24,008 nt of DNA from Opitutia bacterium (GTDB lineage Bacteria; Verrucomicrobiota; Verrucomicrobiia; Opitutales; T3Sed10-336). Below the pieces are notes generated by a model. That model saw nothing but the letters and a program-made list of their open reading frames with translations. It searched no databases and was not told the origin of the DNA. Shown piece by piece: positions 1 to 8,436 of the stretch. The number at the start of each line of letters is the position of its first letter. Position 1 is the stretch's first letter. Both the position numbers and the translations under genes were made by a program. The stretch is from NCBI GenBank assembly GCA_050506795.1, contig JBJHCF010000061.1, positions 1 to 24,008 on the forward strand, in the 5' to 3' direction.

Positions 1-99
1 CTTTCATCTGGACAGCAACCGCCAAGGATATTCTGGAGAAAGTAAAGCGTGGTCGCGCAAAACTGAATAAGTTACAGACTGCTTGACGGGCTACACTAG
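1..99 (+). mobile_element. Right end of an IS630-family insertion sequence (transposase C-terminus, stop at 84-86, and terminal ...TACACTAG)
   Basis: Frame 3 reads FIWTATAKDILEKVKRGRAKLNKLQTA*, matching the typical IS630 transposase C-terminal pattern (PFxWTxxAxxILxKVxR). It is followed closely by ctacactag, an IS630-like end containing TA. Truncated by the window edge. Confidence 0.75.
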
Positions 100-158
100 A
101 GTCCTAAAACCGGAAAAGTTGTTGTAGTTGGGTCAAGTTTTACGATTGCCGAGGGAAA

Positions 159-210
159 AAGTAGCTTACGCTTCCAGCGTGAATTCGCACGCAAGATGCG
201 TGCACTACTT
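159..210. repeat. REP-like inverted doublet (GTAG...CTAC)
   Basis: aagtag-cttacgcttccagcgtg-aattcg-cacgcaagatgcgtgca-ctactt: two imperfect inverted copies of a short palindrome, each starting with GTAG, as in REP doublets. Confidence 0.65.
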
Positions 211-269
211 CGGGTCTGAGGCTTCGCCTCGCTAGCTAATCCAAACCCTGAGTTTTCTAGAAATCAAAT

Positions 270-983
270 TCAGACTATATTATATGCCTTACAACCTTTT
301 GGGCGAAATAAAGCAATCCCCCCATGCTCTAGGAGATCAGTCCTCATCCATCCGAAGGCGTCAGCCCATCCTCTTGCGATTCTAGCTTCACCTGGCCGTT
401 GAATATCATCTAAGAACACAGCAAAATCCGAACTCAGTCGCGTCGAAAGGAAAGCGCCTGCGGGCATCCGAACCGTCAGATCATTTCGGCTGCTCACTGG
501 TCCGTCTACCAAAGCCAGATCAAACAACCGATCTCCGAGTGCGGTGTCGAGTTCGTGCTCTTCATACCAAAAATGGCCCGTCCCCTGGAAATCCGCCAGT
601 GATACGCACTGAAGGCGCACTGTCTCCGAGGCAACACCGACATCTTCGAGGACAGCCTTAACAGTATCGCGCCACCCTGAGTCGCTATCTACAGAAATCA
701 ATCGCCCCCCATACTTTTTGAGGAGCAAGCCCAGGTAGACCGTTGAGATACCAGATCCGAATTCGATGATCTCCTTCCTCCGGTGGATTATTATCTCGTT
801 TGCCACAAGTCGCATCGCTCCTGGCCGAAGCGAGGAACTCGTCCACGGAAGGTAGGGAGCATTAAGTGGTGACAGGGCCCCTAATGCGAATAGATCACGC
901 ATGTCAGCCCGTGCCCTGGCCCTTTGTCTGCGAAAAGCTTCGACTAATAGGGCTTTTTTGATACAGTTTTTTAGAATCGACAT
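270..983 (-). CDS. Class I SAM-dependent methyltransferase (Methyltransf_24-like), probably glycan-modifying
   Basis: IIEFGSGIST glycine-rich SAM motif, LISVDSD, DLALVDGP and FLDD motifs; lies directly downstream of the flippase. Confidence 0.75.
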   Translation of the reverse strand: MSILKNCIKKALLVEAFRRQRARARADMRDLFALGALSPLNAPYLPWTSSSLRPGAMRLVANEIIIHRRKEIIEFGSGISTVYLGLLLKKYGGRLISVDSDSGWRDTVKAVLEDVGVASETVRLQCVSLADFQGTGHFWYEEHELDTALGDRLFDLALVDGPVSSRNDLTVRMPAGAFLSTRLSSDFAVFLDDIQRPGEARIARGWADAFGWMRTDLLEHGGIALFRPKGCKAYNIV

Positions 984-1128
984 TTTAAGCTTTCTGAATT
1001 TTGCCTCTTAGTTTAATTCGATATCTGCCGCGAGCATAAAGCTTTTCTTGTTCTCCTCTGGAATCCTCTAGTTCTGAAACTGAGTCCTGTGACTGGCTGC
1101 GAAATTTTTTCACGCAAAAAATTGTTTA

Positions 1129-2682
1129 CTACCTTATTACTCCGACAGCTGGAGCGGAAATGTCGCGCTTGGATCGCAGCCACTTCATTGATCGTAATTC
1201 CGGGAGCAGACACCAACAGACTAAAGAAACCAGCAGTGCCGCAATACCGGCCCTGACTATCCATCCTGTCCAGGTCTCGACATCGAACACAGAGGCGATG
1301 GCAGACCCGCACCCCAGTATTCCAGCGACAGGAATCCAGACCCACACAAGCGGTGTCGTTCCCGATGCGACTTCACCTTTGTTGCGCCTTATAATGAACG
1401 CATAAGCCGGTGCGGCGAAAACGCTGGTAACGAGCATGGCGAGCGGTACGCCAAGCACTCCCATCCAAGCAATCAGCAGGAACAGCAGCAAACTGCGCGC
1501 CAGCCGCTCGATGATACTGACGACACACGTGCTTTGGATCGCACCAAGTGCCATTCCAAACGTTTCGAGTAGCCGGTTCCCCATTAGCACGAAGGTACCA
1601 AGTGCAAGAAAAACCGTAACGTTCTGTCCGGCAAACAGATCAGGCGATATCCAAAGTGAGACAAACCCACGGTTCGTCATAGTGTAAATTAGGAAAATCC
1701 CAGTACATCCGACCATAAAGACGCGCACCAAATCAAATACTAGCCGATTCCGGGCCTCCGGGCTGACGTTGCTGTCAGCGAAAAAATGTCCTGCCGCGCC
1801 GTACAGCGAATCAATCCCCTTGTTGATAAATACCCTCAGGATCTGTAGTGCGCGGAATGTCACAGTGTATGCGACTGTAACCTCTGGGCCAAGCCACCGG
1901 GTAAGGATGAGCACAGGCAGTGCTTCAGTCAGCTTGCCGGAGGCCTTAGCACCGAGTACTGCAGGAGTATTCCTAAGATAATCGTAGAAGACTGCACGAG
2001 ACCAGCCACTGTAATACCCGACTTTTCTTAAAAGAAACGCTGCGTACACTCCGTTGACCAAAAACGGGAGCAATGGTCGAACGACGGCACCGACCCCCAA
2101 TGCCCAGAGCCCCCATCCCAGGTATAGCCCGACCACAATAGAAAGTAGCCCAACCAAGTTCCCAATGATCTCAGCAATAACTGGAACCTGAGTACGCTGC
2201 AGTCCAACCGCGAACCCTCTGAGGAAAAAGCCAATAAACTGAAAGATTGCACCGAGGCCAGCCAACAGAAAGCAGCCTGTAAGGATTCCATGCCATTGCT
2301 CGTCGGCATTGATCCAATCCACAATCACTAGACTTGTCGCCCCTATGAAGGCTCCGTAAAAAGTTGCTATCACGCCGGCAACCACCGCCCCGTGTATAAA
2401 ATAACTTGAAACCCCTGAAAAATCATTGCGGCCATAGGCTGCGGCGCACCGCAGCTTAGTAATTCCGGTAGCCCCAGCATCAATCATTGAAATCAATGTC
2501 AACACACCCCCCGAAGCGAGCCAAAATCCGTACAGGCGATCCCCTAGAAAACTGATGTACATCGGAATCAGTAGAAGTCCCTGGATAACGGTGATACTGC
2601 TGCCAACCCAGCCCCCGATGGCCAACCAGGCCGCCGCTTGGCGCCGCGAGGGTTTTTTGGATAGCTTTGAGCTTTTGCTCAT
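1129..2682 (-). CDS. wzx: Wzx-like oligosaccharide flippase (MOP superfamily)
   Basis: Many hydrophobic helices; LIPMYISFLGDRLYGFW...DAG N-terminal pattern and ILTRWLGPEVTVAY mid-protein pattern typical of polysaccharide flippases. Start placed at ATG 2682; the ORF extends to 2817. Confidence 0.75.
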   Translation of the reverse strand: MSKSSKLSKKPSRRQAAAWLAIGGWVGSSITVIQGLLLIPMYISFLGDRLYGFWLASGGVLTLISMIDAGATGITKLRCAAAYGRNDFSGVSSYFIHGAVVAGVIATFYGAFIGATSLVIVDWINADEQWHGILTGCFLLAGLGAIFQFIGFFLRGFAVGLQRTQVPVIAEIIGNLVGLLSIVVGLYLGWGLWALGVGAVVRPLLPFLVNGVYAAFLLRKVGYYSGWSRAVFYDYLRNTPAVLGAKASGKLTEALPVLILTRWLGPEVTVAYTVTFRALQILRVFINKGIDSLYGAAGHFFADSNVSPEARNRLVFDLVRVFMVGCTGIFLIYTMTNRGFVSLWISPDLFAGQNVTVFLALGTFVLMGNRLLETFGMALGAIQSTCVVSIIERLARSLLLFLLIAWMGVLGVPLAMLVTSVFAAPAYAFIIRRNKGEVASGTTPLVWVWIPVAGILGCGSAIASVFDVETWTGWIVRAGIAALLVSLVCWCLLPELRSMKWLRSKRDISAPAVGVIR

Positions 2683-2946
2683 CGTCGGCTGCAGAGGGAC
2701 AGGTTTCTGGCTGACCAAGATCGATCGCGCATCCACACTGAGACCCTTCGGCGATGGCTGCCGGGAACTTGGATCACGACTCCTTTTTTCAGATTGTCTT
2801 CTTCCTTGAGTCTCCAAGGGATGACTCTGTTATCTTCAAGTTCTTGCTGCGCGCTGCCAAGCTTGAGTCCCGCAAAATCCATTGCCTCTAATGCGTTGAA
2901 TTCATCGTGCATCAGGCAATGGCTTAAGAGCTGATCGCGCCTCAAT

Positions 2947-3578
2947 TTACAGTTGTCCATAATAATTTGCCGGAAGCTCCCTCAGATGAAAATCCTGACC
3001 GGCAGTGAGGACGGAGCCGTTTTCCAAAACCTTGCGTAAATCCTCATCAGTCGTCCCCGGGTAGGTCGTGGATTCGAGTATGGCGAGCTTGGCCCTTCGG
3101 CTGTCAGTTGGCGATTTTTCGTTGTTCGTTCCTGTGGCTTGCTTCTGAGTTGCAACTCCTCCGCCCGCACTGTCATCGGCTCGTTCCGCCGTCTGCCTGC
3201 GGCCAGTCGCTTGGCGCTCTGCTTGCTCCACCGTCCACCGTTCTGCCTCGGCGGCCAACAACGGGGCGATTGCCTCACCAGTAGCAAGCACGTACGAAAT
3301 ATCCGGTTCCCGATGTTTGTTTAACGGAGTGGGGACACAAATGATAACCGCCTCACATTCCAAACTTTCGTAAAATCCGTAAAGACCACCAAGGTTCCGT
3401 CGTCGATAGGTCGTTTCAGGTCGGCGTGTTCAATATGGCGGATGTAGCTTCGTCCGTTTCGGACGGAATCCACTTTATCAGAATCGATGTCGAGCCCGAC
3501 AACCGATACCCCTGACCGGGCGAATTGAAGCGCTAGAGGTAGGCCGACGTAGCCCAATCCGATAATTGCTATTTGCAT
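2947..3578 (-). pseudogene. Frameshifted, truncated nucleotide-sugar dehydrogenase (WbpA/TviB/WecC type)
   Basis: ATG 3578 gives MQIAIIGLGYVGLPLA (Rossmann motif). After a frameshift near 3362-3365 it continues in another frame as ECEAVIICVPTPL...LESTTYPGTT...GQDFHL. It then diverges before the expected (F)SPER motif and stops at 2947. Confidence 0.85.
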
Positions 3579-3645
3579 GGATCCGGGTGATGAAAAATGA
3601 AGGTTGCGGTGCTTGGCTCGGAGGTTGGTTCTCACGGAATTTTTT

Positions 3646-3775
3646 GACCACAGATTACTCAGATAACACAGATTTAAAGGCAGGAATTTTTGCCGGGCAG
3701 GATGCCCGCATTTCCAGTGATTCTGGCCCTCGCCCCTACCTGTGCCCATCTGTGGAATCCATGACACATGTGGTT
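3646..3775. repeat. Palindromic nonamer-periodic element (CACAGA type) with an internal REP-like hairpin; left flank of MNT-HEPN
   Basis: Left arm gaccacaga-ttactcaga-taacacaga; right arm cctgtgcc-catctgtgg...catgtggtt; internal gggcaggatgccc. Confidence 0.85.
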
Positions 3776-3786
3776 GAAGGCCGCTT

Positions 3787-4197
3787 CTACATCAGTCTAT
3801 CGATCTCGTCCCGGAACCGTCGAAATGTGTTCAATCGGTTTTTCAAAATGTCGAAGGTTACCTTTGGATCGATCCGATCGTATTGATGGACAATGAAATT
3901 TCGGTACCCGATCATGGGAAGGTACGGTTCCGCGGATTCCAGATATCCCGCATCGGCACACGCACGCACCGCTTCCGCTGAGGAAGCTGCCGGGCCTTGG
4001 CCGTTCAAAGCGAGAATTCGCTCGGCAATGTCAATGACGGCTTCGATCGCAATTTGGAGACCTCGTTCAGCGATTGCCTGAAGCTCCCACTCGGCAGAGA
4101 ATGCTTCAAACGTAACTTCAGAAAAACGGTCCTCCAACTGACGGACTCGTTCGTCCATAAGGGCCAGCTTTCGCTGTATTGGGCCATTTAGCCTCAT
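3787..4197 (-). CDS. HEPN/DUF86 ribonuclease toxin (HepT-like)
   Basis: ERGLQIAIEAVIDIA helix and RNFIVHQY (Rx4H) HEPN active-site motif; directly downstream of an MNT gene. Confidence 0.9.
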   Translation of the reverse strand: MRLNGPIQRKLALMDERVRQLEDRFSEVTFEAFSAEWELQAIAERGLQIAIEAVIDIAERILALNGQGPAASSAEAVRACADAGYLESAEPYLPMIGYRNFIVHQYDRIDPKVTFDILKNRLNTFRRFRDEIDRLM

Positions 4198-4201
4198 GAC
4201 A

Positions 4202-4645
4202 TTAGGCCAAGCTTCTGGGTCGTTCCCGCCGGTACCTCAACTGGCGGCCGTACGCCGCCATGGTTTCCTCGTACCGCCGACAGGTTTCCGAGAAGAACCG
4301 GGCGTACGTTTCCTTCGAACGACAATGAATCAAGCTTCCCTGTAGGGCCTCGAACGCGTAAACAGGGTCGGCGTCTTTGAGCAGCCCCAAATCACAACGC
4401 ACCCCTCGGTGAAGGTCACTGATCCGGGAAATAAGCTCGATAAAGCGCTCTCCCGAAAGAGGGGGCTCCGCGTACACCGCCAGATCCAAATCGCTGTGAG
4501 GGCGGATCACCCCGCTTTTCGCGGAACCGTGCAAAAGCGCGAACACCGCTTCCGGGAATGCCCGGGCGAGGCAGTCGGCGATCGCCTCGCGATTCACAGG
4601 CACTTCCGCCTCGTGAGTGTCCAGATAATGTTTTGATAGGGGCAT
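4202..4645 (-). CDS. Minimal nucleotidyltransferase antitoxin (MntA-like)
   Basis: LHGSAKSGVIRPHSDLDLAV (GS-x10-DxD) motif; 147 aa; paired with the HEPN gene. Confidence 0.9.
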   Translation of the reverse strand: MPLSKHYLDTHEAEVPVNREAIADCLARAFPEAVFALLHGSAKSGVIRPHSDLDLAVYAEPPLSGERFIELISRISDLHRGVRCDLGLLKDADPVYAFEALQGSLIHCRSKETYARFFSETCRRYEETMAAYGRQLRYRRERPRSLA

Positions 4646-4671
4646 GGGGTTTGTCGGTTATTGGAAATTTT

Positions 4672-4781
4672 GACCACGGATTACTCAGAGAACACAGATT
4701 TAAAGGCGGGGATTTTCGGCGGGCAGGATGCTTGCGGTCCCAGGGGTTTCCTATCTGTGCCCATCTGTGACATCTGTGGTT
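4672..4781. repeat. Palindromic nonamer-periodic element (CACAGA type); right flank of MNT-HEPN and direct repeat of 3646-3775
   Basis: gaccacgga-ttactcaga-gaacacaga ... atctgtgcc-catctgtga-catctgtggtt. Positions 4668-4716 match 3642-3690 at 45/49. Confidence 0.9.
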
Positions 4782-4842
4782 GAGGATTTGCTTCCTGGTT
4801 CATCGGCGGAAGCGCCGAAGCTACTAGGGATCCGTTTATGCC

Positions 4843-5790
4843 TTAAACGGCGCGAAGGTCGGCTTTGTTACGCTCGTTAAGAAAAGACTGGCAGGTGGTG
4901 GCGAGACCGGTTTCGAGGTCGATGCGGGCTTGCCAGCCGAGGGCTTTCATACGTGAGACATCGAGGAGTTTGCGGGGAGTGCCGTCGGGTTTGGTCGGGT
5001 CGAAGCGGAGGGCGCCGTTGTAGCCGGTGGCTTGTTTGACCTTTTCCGCCAGCTCGGCGATGGAAACGTCTTCTCCGACTCCGATGTTGACCCAGTCGGG
5101 TGGATTGTCGCGTTCCAGGAGATGAAGGCAGGCTTCGGCCAGGTCGTCGACGTGGAGGAATTCCCGCCGGGGTTTGCCGGTCCCCCAGACCACCACTTCC
5201 GGTTGGTTCTGTTCTTTGGCTTCGTGGAAGCGTCGAATCAGTGCCGGCAGCACGTGACTGTTTTCCGGATGGTAGTTGTCACCCGGCCCGTAGAGGTTGG
5301 TGGGCATGGCCGAATGAAAGAGAACGCCGTATTGCTTGCGGTAATACTGGCAGAGCTTGAGGCCGGCGATCTTGGCGATGGCGTAGGCTTCGTTGGTCGG
5401 CTCCAGGGGACCGGTCAGCAGGCAATCCTCCGGCATCGGCTGGGGCGCATGCTTGGGATAGATGCAGGAACTGCCGAGAAACAGGAGCCGCCGGACTCCG
5501 GCCGCCCAGGCTCCGTGAATCAGGTTCTGGGCGATGGCCAGGTTCTCGTAAAGGAACTCGGCCGGGTAGGTGTTGTTCGCGTGAATCCCCCCCACCCGGG
5601 CCGCCGCGACGATGACGATCTCCGGCTTTTCGGCTTCGTAAAATTCCTGGACATCCGCCTGGCGAGTCAGGTCCAGTTCCTTCCGGGTGCGGGTCAGAAG
5701 ATTCGTCCAGCCTCGCCGTTCACAAGCCCGCACCAACGCCCCACCAACCATGCCACCGTGGCCGGCAACGAATGTATTAATATTGTGCAT
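4843..5790 (-). CDS. fcl: GDP-L-fucose synthase
   Basis: [58 protein letters not shown] and KPDGTPRK motifs. Start at ATG 5790; the ORF extension to 5916 translates the repeat element. Confidence 0.97.
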   Translation of the reverse strand: MHNINTFVAGHGGMVGGALVRACERRGWTNLLTRTRKELDLTRQADVQEFYEAEKPEIVIVAAARVGGIHANNTYPAEFLYENLAIAQNLIHGAWAAGVRRLLFLGSSCIYPKHAPQPMPEDCLLTGPLEPTNEAYAIAKIAGLKLCQYYRKQYGVLFHSAMPTNLYGPGDNYHPENSHVLPALIRRFHEAKEQNQPEVVVWGTGKPRREFLHVDDLAEACLHLLERDNPPDWVNIGVGEDVSIAELAEKVKQATGYNGALRFDPTKPDGTPRKLLDVSRMKALGWQARIDLETGLATTCQSFLNERNKADLRAV

Positions 5791-5803
5791 GGAAAGGGAG
5801 GTT

Positions 5804-5876
5804 AACCACGAAGTACACGAATTGGTTCTGATACTCTGGTTCCTAAAACTTCGTGCATTTCGTTTACTTCGTGGTT
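5804..5876. repeat. Palindromic nonamer-periodic element (CACGAA type), downstream flank of GxxExxY
   Basis: aaccacgaa-gtacacgaa ... ttcgtgcat-ttcgtttac-ttcgtggtt. Confidence 0.9.
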
Positions 5877-5899
5877 CAGAAAATACAGAGGTTAGGGCA

Positions 5900-6283
5900 T
5901 CACGAATTATTCTCAAATCTCATCACTCGTTTAATGCCCAGTTTTGCGTGTTTGAAATTAAGCAGGAGAGATATATCCAAGCCTGTGATGTTAAGGTAGC
6001 CTAGCATCTGCGCCAAATGAGTTTCATTGAATGCGGAAACCACCTTTGGATCGACAATCACGTCTTCTACGATCATGTCGGGAATCAATGTACCAATATG
6101 GTGCCCTTCGTAATACACTGGGAATTCTCTATGAAACTCAACGTTGAAACCTTTTCTCCGAAGTTCGATACCCAGCGCTCGCTCGTAAAGCTTCTCGTCC
6201 AACCCAGGCTTTAATTTATAAAGAACCCGGTGGGCTGAACCGATAACTGCATTAGATGTGGGGTCGAAAGATTTAAGGGGCAT
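5900..6283 (-). CDS. GxxExxY protein (PD-(D/E)XK nuclease-like)
   Basis: [12 protein letters not shown] signature, PDMIV...VDPK putative catalytic residues, AQMLGYL...LLLNF C-terminal motif. Start at ATG 6283; the upstream ORF extension translates the repeat. Confidence 0.92.
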   Translation of the reverse strand: MPLKSFDPTSNAVIGSAHRVLYKLKPGLDEKLYERALGIELRRKGFNVEFHREFPVYYEGHHIGTLIPDMIVEDVIVDPKVVSAFNETHLAQMLGYLNITGLDISLLLNFKHAKLGIKRVMRFENNS

Positions 6284-6323
6284 TGGCTTCGCGAAAGATT
6301 CGGGGTTTTTATTGATAAACGGT

Positions 6324-6404
6324 ACCACGAACTGCACGAAATTCACGAAATGATTCTAATACTCTCGTTCCCAAAACTTCGTGCATTTCGTGTGCTTCGT
6401 GGTT
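6324..6404. repeat. Palindromic nonamer-periodic element (CACGAA type), upstream flank of GxxExxY and direct repeat of 5804-5876
   Basis: accacgaa-ctgcacgaa-attcacgaa ... ttcgtgcat-ttcgtgtgc-ttcgtggtt. Positions 6344-6404 match 5816-5876 at 54/61, including the loop. Overlaps the gmd TAA stop. Confidence 0.9.
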
Positions 6405-7440
6405 AAACACCGGATTTTGAACTTTCCGCTTCGCGGAAACGGGCATACCGGGCTTCTTCTTCGGCGAGTTTGAGGTCGTGGTCGACCATGAGTTTGACCA
6501 GTTCTTTGAACTTGTACTTGGGTTGCCAGCCGAGTTTTTTTTTGGCTTTGGCGGGGTCGCCGACCAGGAGATCGACTTCGGAGGGGCGTTCGTAGCGGGT
6601 GTCGTACTTGACGTACTTCTCCCAGTCCAAATCCAGCAGACCGAAGGCTTCCTCGCAGAACTCGCGTACGCTGTGCGTTTCTCCGGTCGCCACGACGTAG
6701 TCGTCCGGCTGATCCTGCTGCAGCATGAGCCACATCATTTCGACGTACTCCTTCGCGTACCCCCAGTCGCGCTTGGCATCGAGATTCCCGAGGTAAAGCG
6801 CCTCCTGGAGCCCCGTCTTGATCCGGGTAGCCGCGCGGGTGATCTTACGGGTCACAAAGGTTTCACCGCGGCGGGGGGATTCGTGGTTGAAGAGAATGCC
6901 ATTGCTGGCGTGCAGATGGTAGGATTCGCGATAGTTCACGGTCAGCCAATAGGCGTAAACCTTGGCGCAGCCGTACGGTGAACGTGGCCAGAAGGGGGTG
7001 GTTTCGCACTGGGGAACCTCCTGGACCTTCCCGAACATCTCCGAGGACGACGCCTGGTAAAAGCGTACCTTTTTCACCAAACCGGCCTCGCGGATGGCTT
7101 CGAGGATGCGCAGGGAGCCGAGTCCGTCGACGTCTCCGGTGTACTCGGGAATATCGAAGGAAACCCGCACGTGGCTCTGCGCGCCGAGGTGGTAGATTTC
7201 GTCGGGCGCAAGTTCATACAGCAGCTTCACCATTTGCACCGAATCCGCCAGGTCGCCGTAATGCAGTATAAGGCGTTTTCCAGTGGAATGCGGATCCTGG
7301 TAAAGGTGATCGATCCGATCGGTGTTGAAGGTCGAAGCACGACGTATCACCCCGTGAACCTCGTATCCCTTATCGAGCAGCAGTTCGGCCAGGTAGGATC
7401 CGTCCTGGCCGGTGATTCCGGTAATGAGCGCTTTTTTCAT
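6403..7440 (-). CDS. gmd: GDP-mannose 4,6-dehydratase
   Basis: [63 protein letters not shown] and [11 protein letters not shown] motifs. Confidence 0.98.
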   Translation of the reverse strand: MKKALITGITGQDGSYLAELLLDKGYEVHGVIRRASTFNTDRIDHLYQDPHSTGKRLILHYGDLADSVQMVKLLYELAPDEIYHLGAQSHVRVSFDIPEYTGDVDGLGSLRILEAIREAGLVKKVRFYQASSSEMFGKVQEVPQCETTPFWPRSPYGCAKVYAYWLTVNYRESYHLHASNGILFNHESPRRGETFVTRKITRAATRIKTGLQEALYLGNLDAKRDWGYAKEYVEMMWLMLQQDQPDDYVVATGETHSVREFCEEAFGLLDLDWEKYVKYDTRYERPSEVDLLVGDPAKAKKKLGWQPKYKFKELVKLMVDHDLKLAEEEARYARFREAESSKSGV

Positions 7441-7445
7441 AAGTA

Positions 7446-7700
7446 AGCGGCGAAGCCGCTGTTCTTGGTTCTTGGTGCTTGGTTCAGACGTTGGGGTTAG
7501 CCATGGAGAAGAATGGGACCGGAAAGAAAAAGCGGGAAGTAATCTTTAACCGCGAAGGGCACGAAGAGCACGAAGGGAGAGCCACAAAAGTGGAAAGCGG
7601 AAGGCGGAAATCTAAGAACTAAGAACCAGGAACCTCGAACCAAGAACGGATTTCATCTGTGCCCATCCGTGAAATGCTCCGCGCTGCTTCGTCTGTGGCT
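7446..7700. repeat. Mosaic repeat intergenic region (heptamer arrays plus nonamer arms)
   Basis: agcggcgaagccgct hairpin; GTTCTTG-type array 7461-7485; aaccgcgaa-gggcacgaa-gagcacgaa from 7548; AAAGCGG-type array 7587-7610; AAGAACC-type x5 array 7613-7647; CACAGA-type right arm 7655-7700. Confidence 0.85.
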
Positions 7701-7703
7701 GGA

Positions 7704-7988
7704 TCAATCCGGGTTTGGGTCTTCGGCCACTTGGGAAGCCGGCTGGCGAGGATAGCGCTGAAGAATGGCGTCCGCAATCCAGATGTCTTCATCCAGCGTC
7801 TCCCACCTCAAAGCGCGGCCTCCGACCCGAAGGGATACCTCTGAAAGCGCAGCCGGACCTGCCCCGGCAAGCCGGGGATAGTAGGCGACGGGAAACGAAT
7901 GGGTGGATCCATCGGCTAGCTCAAGAACGACCTGGCCATTCTCAACCTTCGCTGAGGTCGCGATATACTGGGGTTCGGGATTATCCAT
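7704..7988 (-). CDS. DUF2442 protein (putative antitoxin)
   Basis: VLELADG...FPVAYYPRL...GRALRWETLDEDI pattern; its ATG overlaps the stop of the DUF4160 gene. Confidence 0.85.
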   Translation of the reverse strand: MDNPEPQYIATSAKVENGQVVLELADGSTHSFPVAYYPRLAGAGPAALSEVSLRVGGRALRWETLDEDIWIADAILQRYPRQPASQVAEDPNPD

Positions 7989-8214
7989 GAAACTTCTTCC
8001 AGGCTTGGAATAATACTTCCTGATTTCGGGCAACGATTCCTTTTATTTCATTTAGTTCGTGACCGGGAAACCCGTGATTGCGCGAGAGGCTTACAGGATC
8101 GAGCCAAAACTTGGCTTCGTAATCATCCCTCGCCACATGAATGTGCGGGGGCTCATTGAGTTCTCTACTGTAAAAATGGAGGCGATAAGGTCCAATCCGT
8201 AAAACAGTGGGCAT
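7981..8214 (-). CDS. DUF4160 protein (putative HicA-like toxin)
   Basis: MPTVLRIGPYRLHFYSRE..EPPHIHV...AKFWLDPV pattern; 77 aa; coupled to DUF2442. Confidence 0.88.
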   Translation of the reverse strand: MPTVLRIGPYRLHFYSRELNEPPHIHVARDDYEAKFWLDPVSLSRNHGFPGHELNEIKGIVARNQEVLFQAWKKFHG

Positions 8215-8436
8215 GGGGTAGAATCGTGGGATAGTGTACGGAGAAACGGCGGTACTTACGCCTGCGCGGGCTTCCGACCGAGCTTCGCCCCGTCACTTCT
8301 TTTTTGAAGTGTTTCACAAACAGCTAAACTTAAGTGGCTTCGAGAGTGGAACTCCCGGATTTCGAAGCAATCGTCGCAGTTTGCGGAGGTGATTTCAATA
8401 AAGATTGAAGGAAATGAAATAAAGGCCCTGCGGCCC

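Noticed and set aside
2679..2960. 93-aa ORF containing HDEFNAL, resembling a dehydrogenase C-terminal motif
   Set aside because: The match is too short to separate from chance; not called as a gene or remnant.
3646..7700. Nonamer/heptamer repeats as a CRISPR array or classical integron attC sites
   Set aside because: No constant repeat-unique spacer periodicity and no cas genes. No consistent RYYYAAC...GTTRRRY boundaries and no intI in the window.
4636..8220. All three cargo modules start with ATG-CCC (Met-Pro), two of them with identical ACCCCATGCCC context
   Set aside because: Short match; C-rich pre-start context occurs at other genes here and Met-Pro starts are common in DUF4160.
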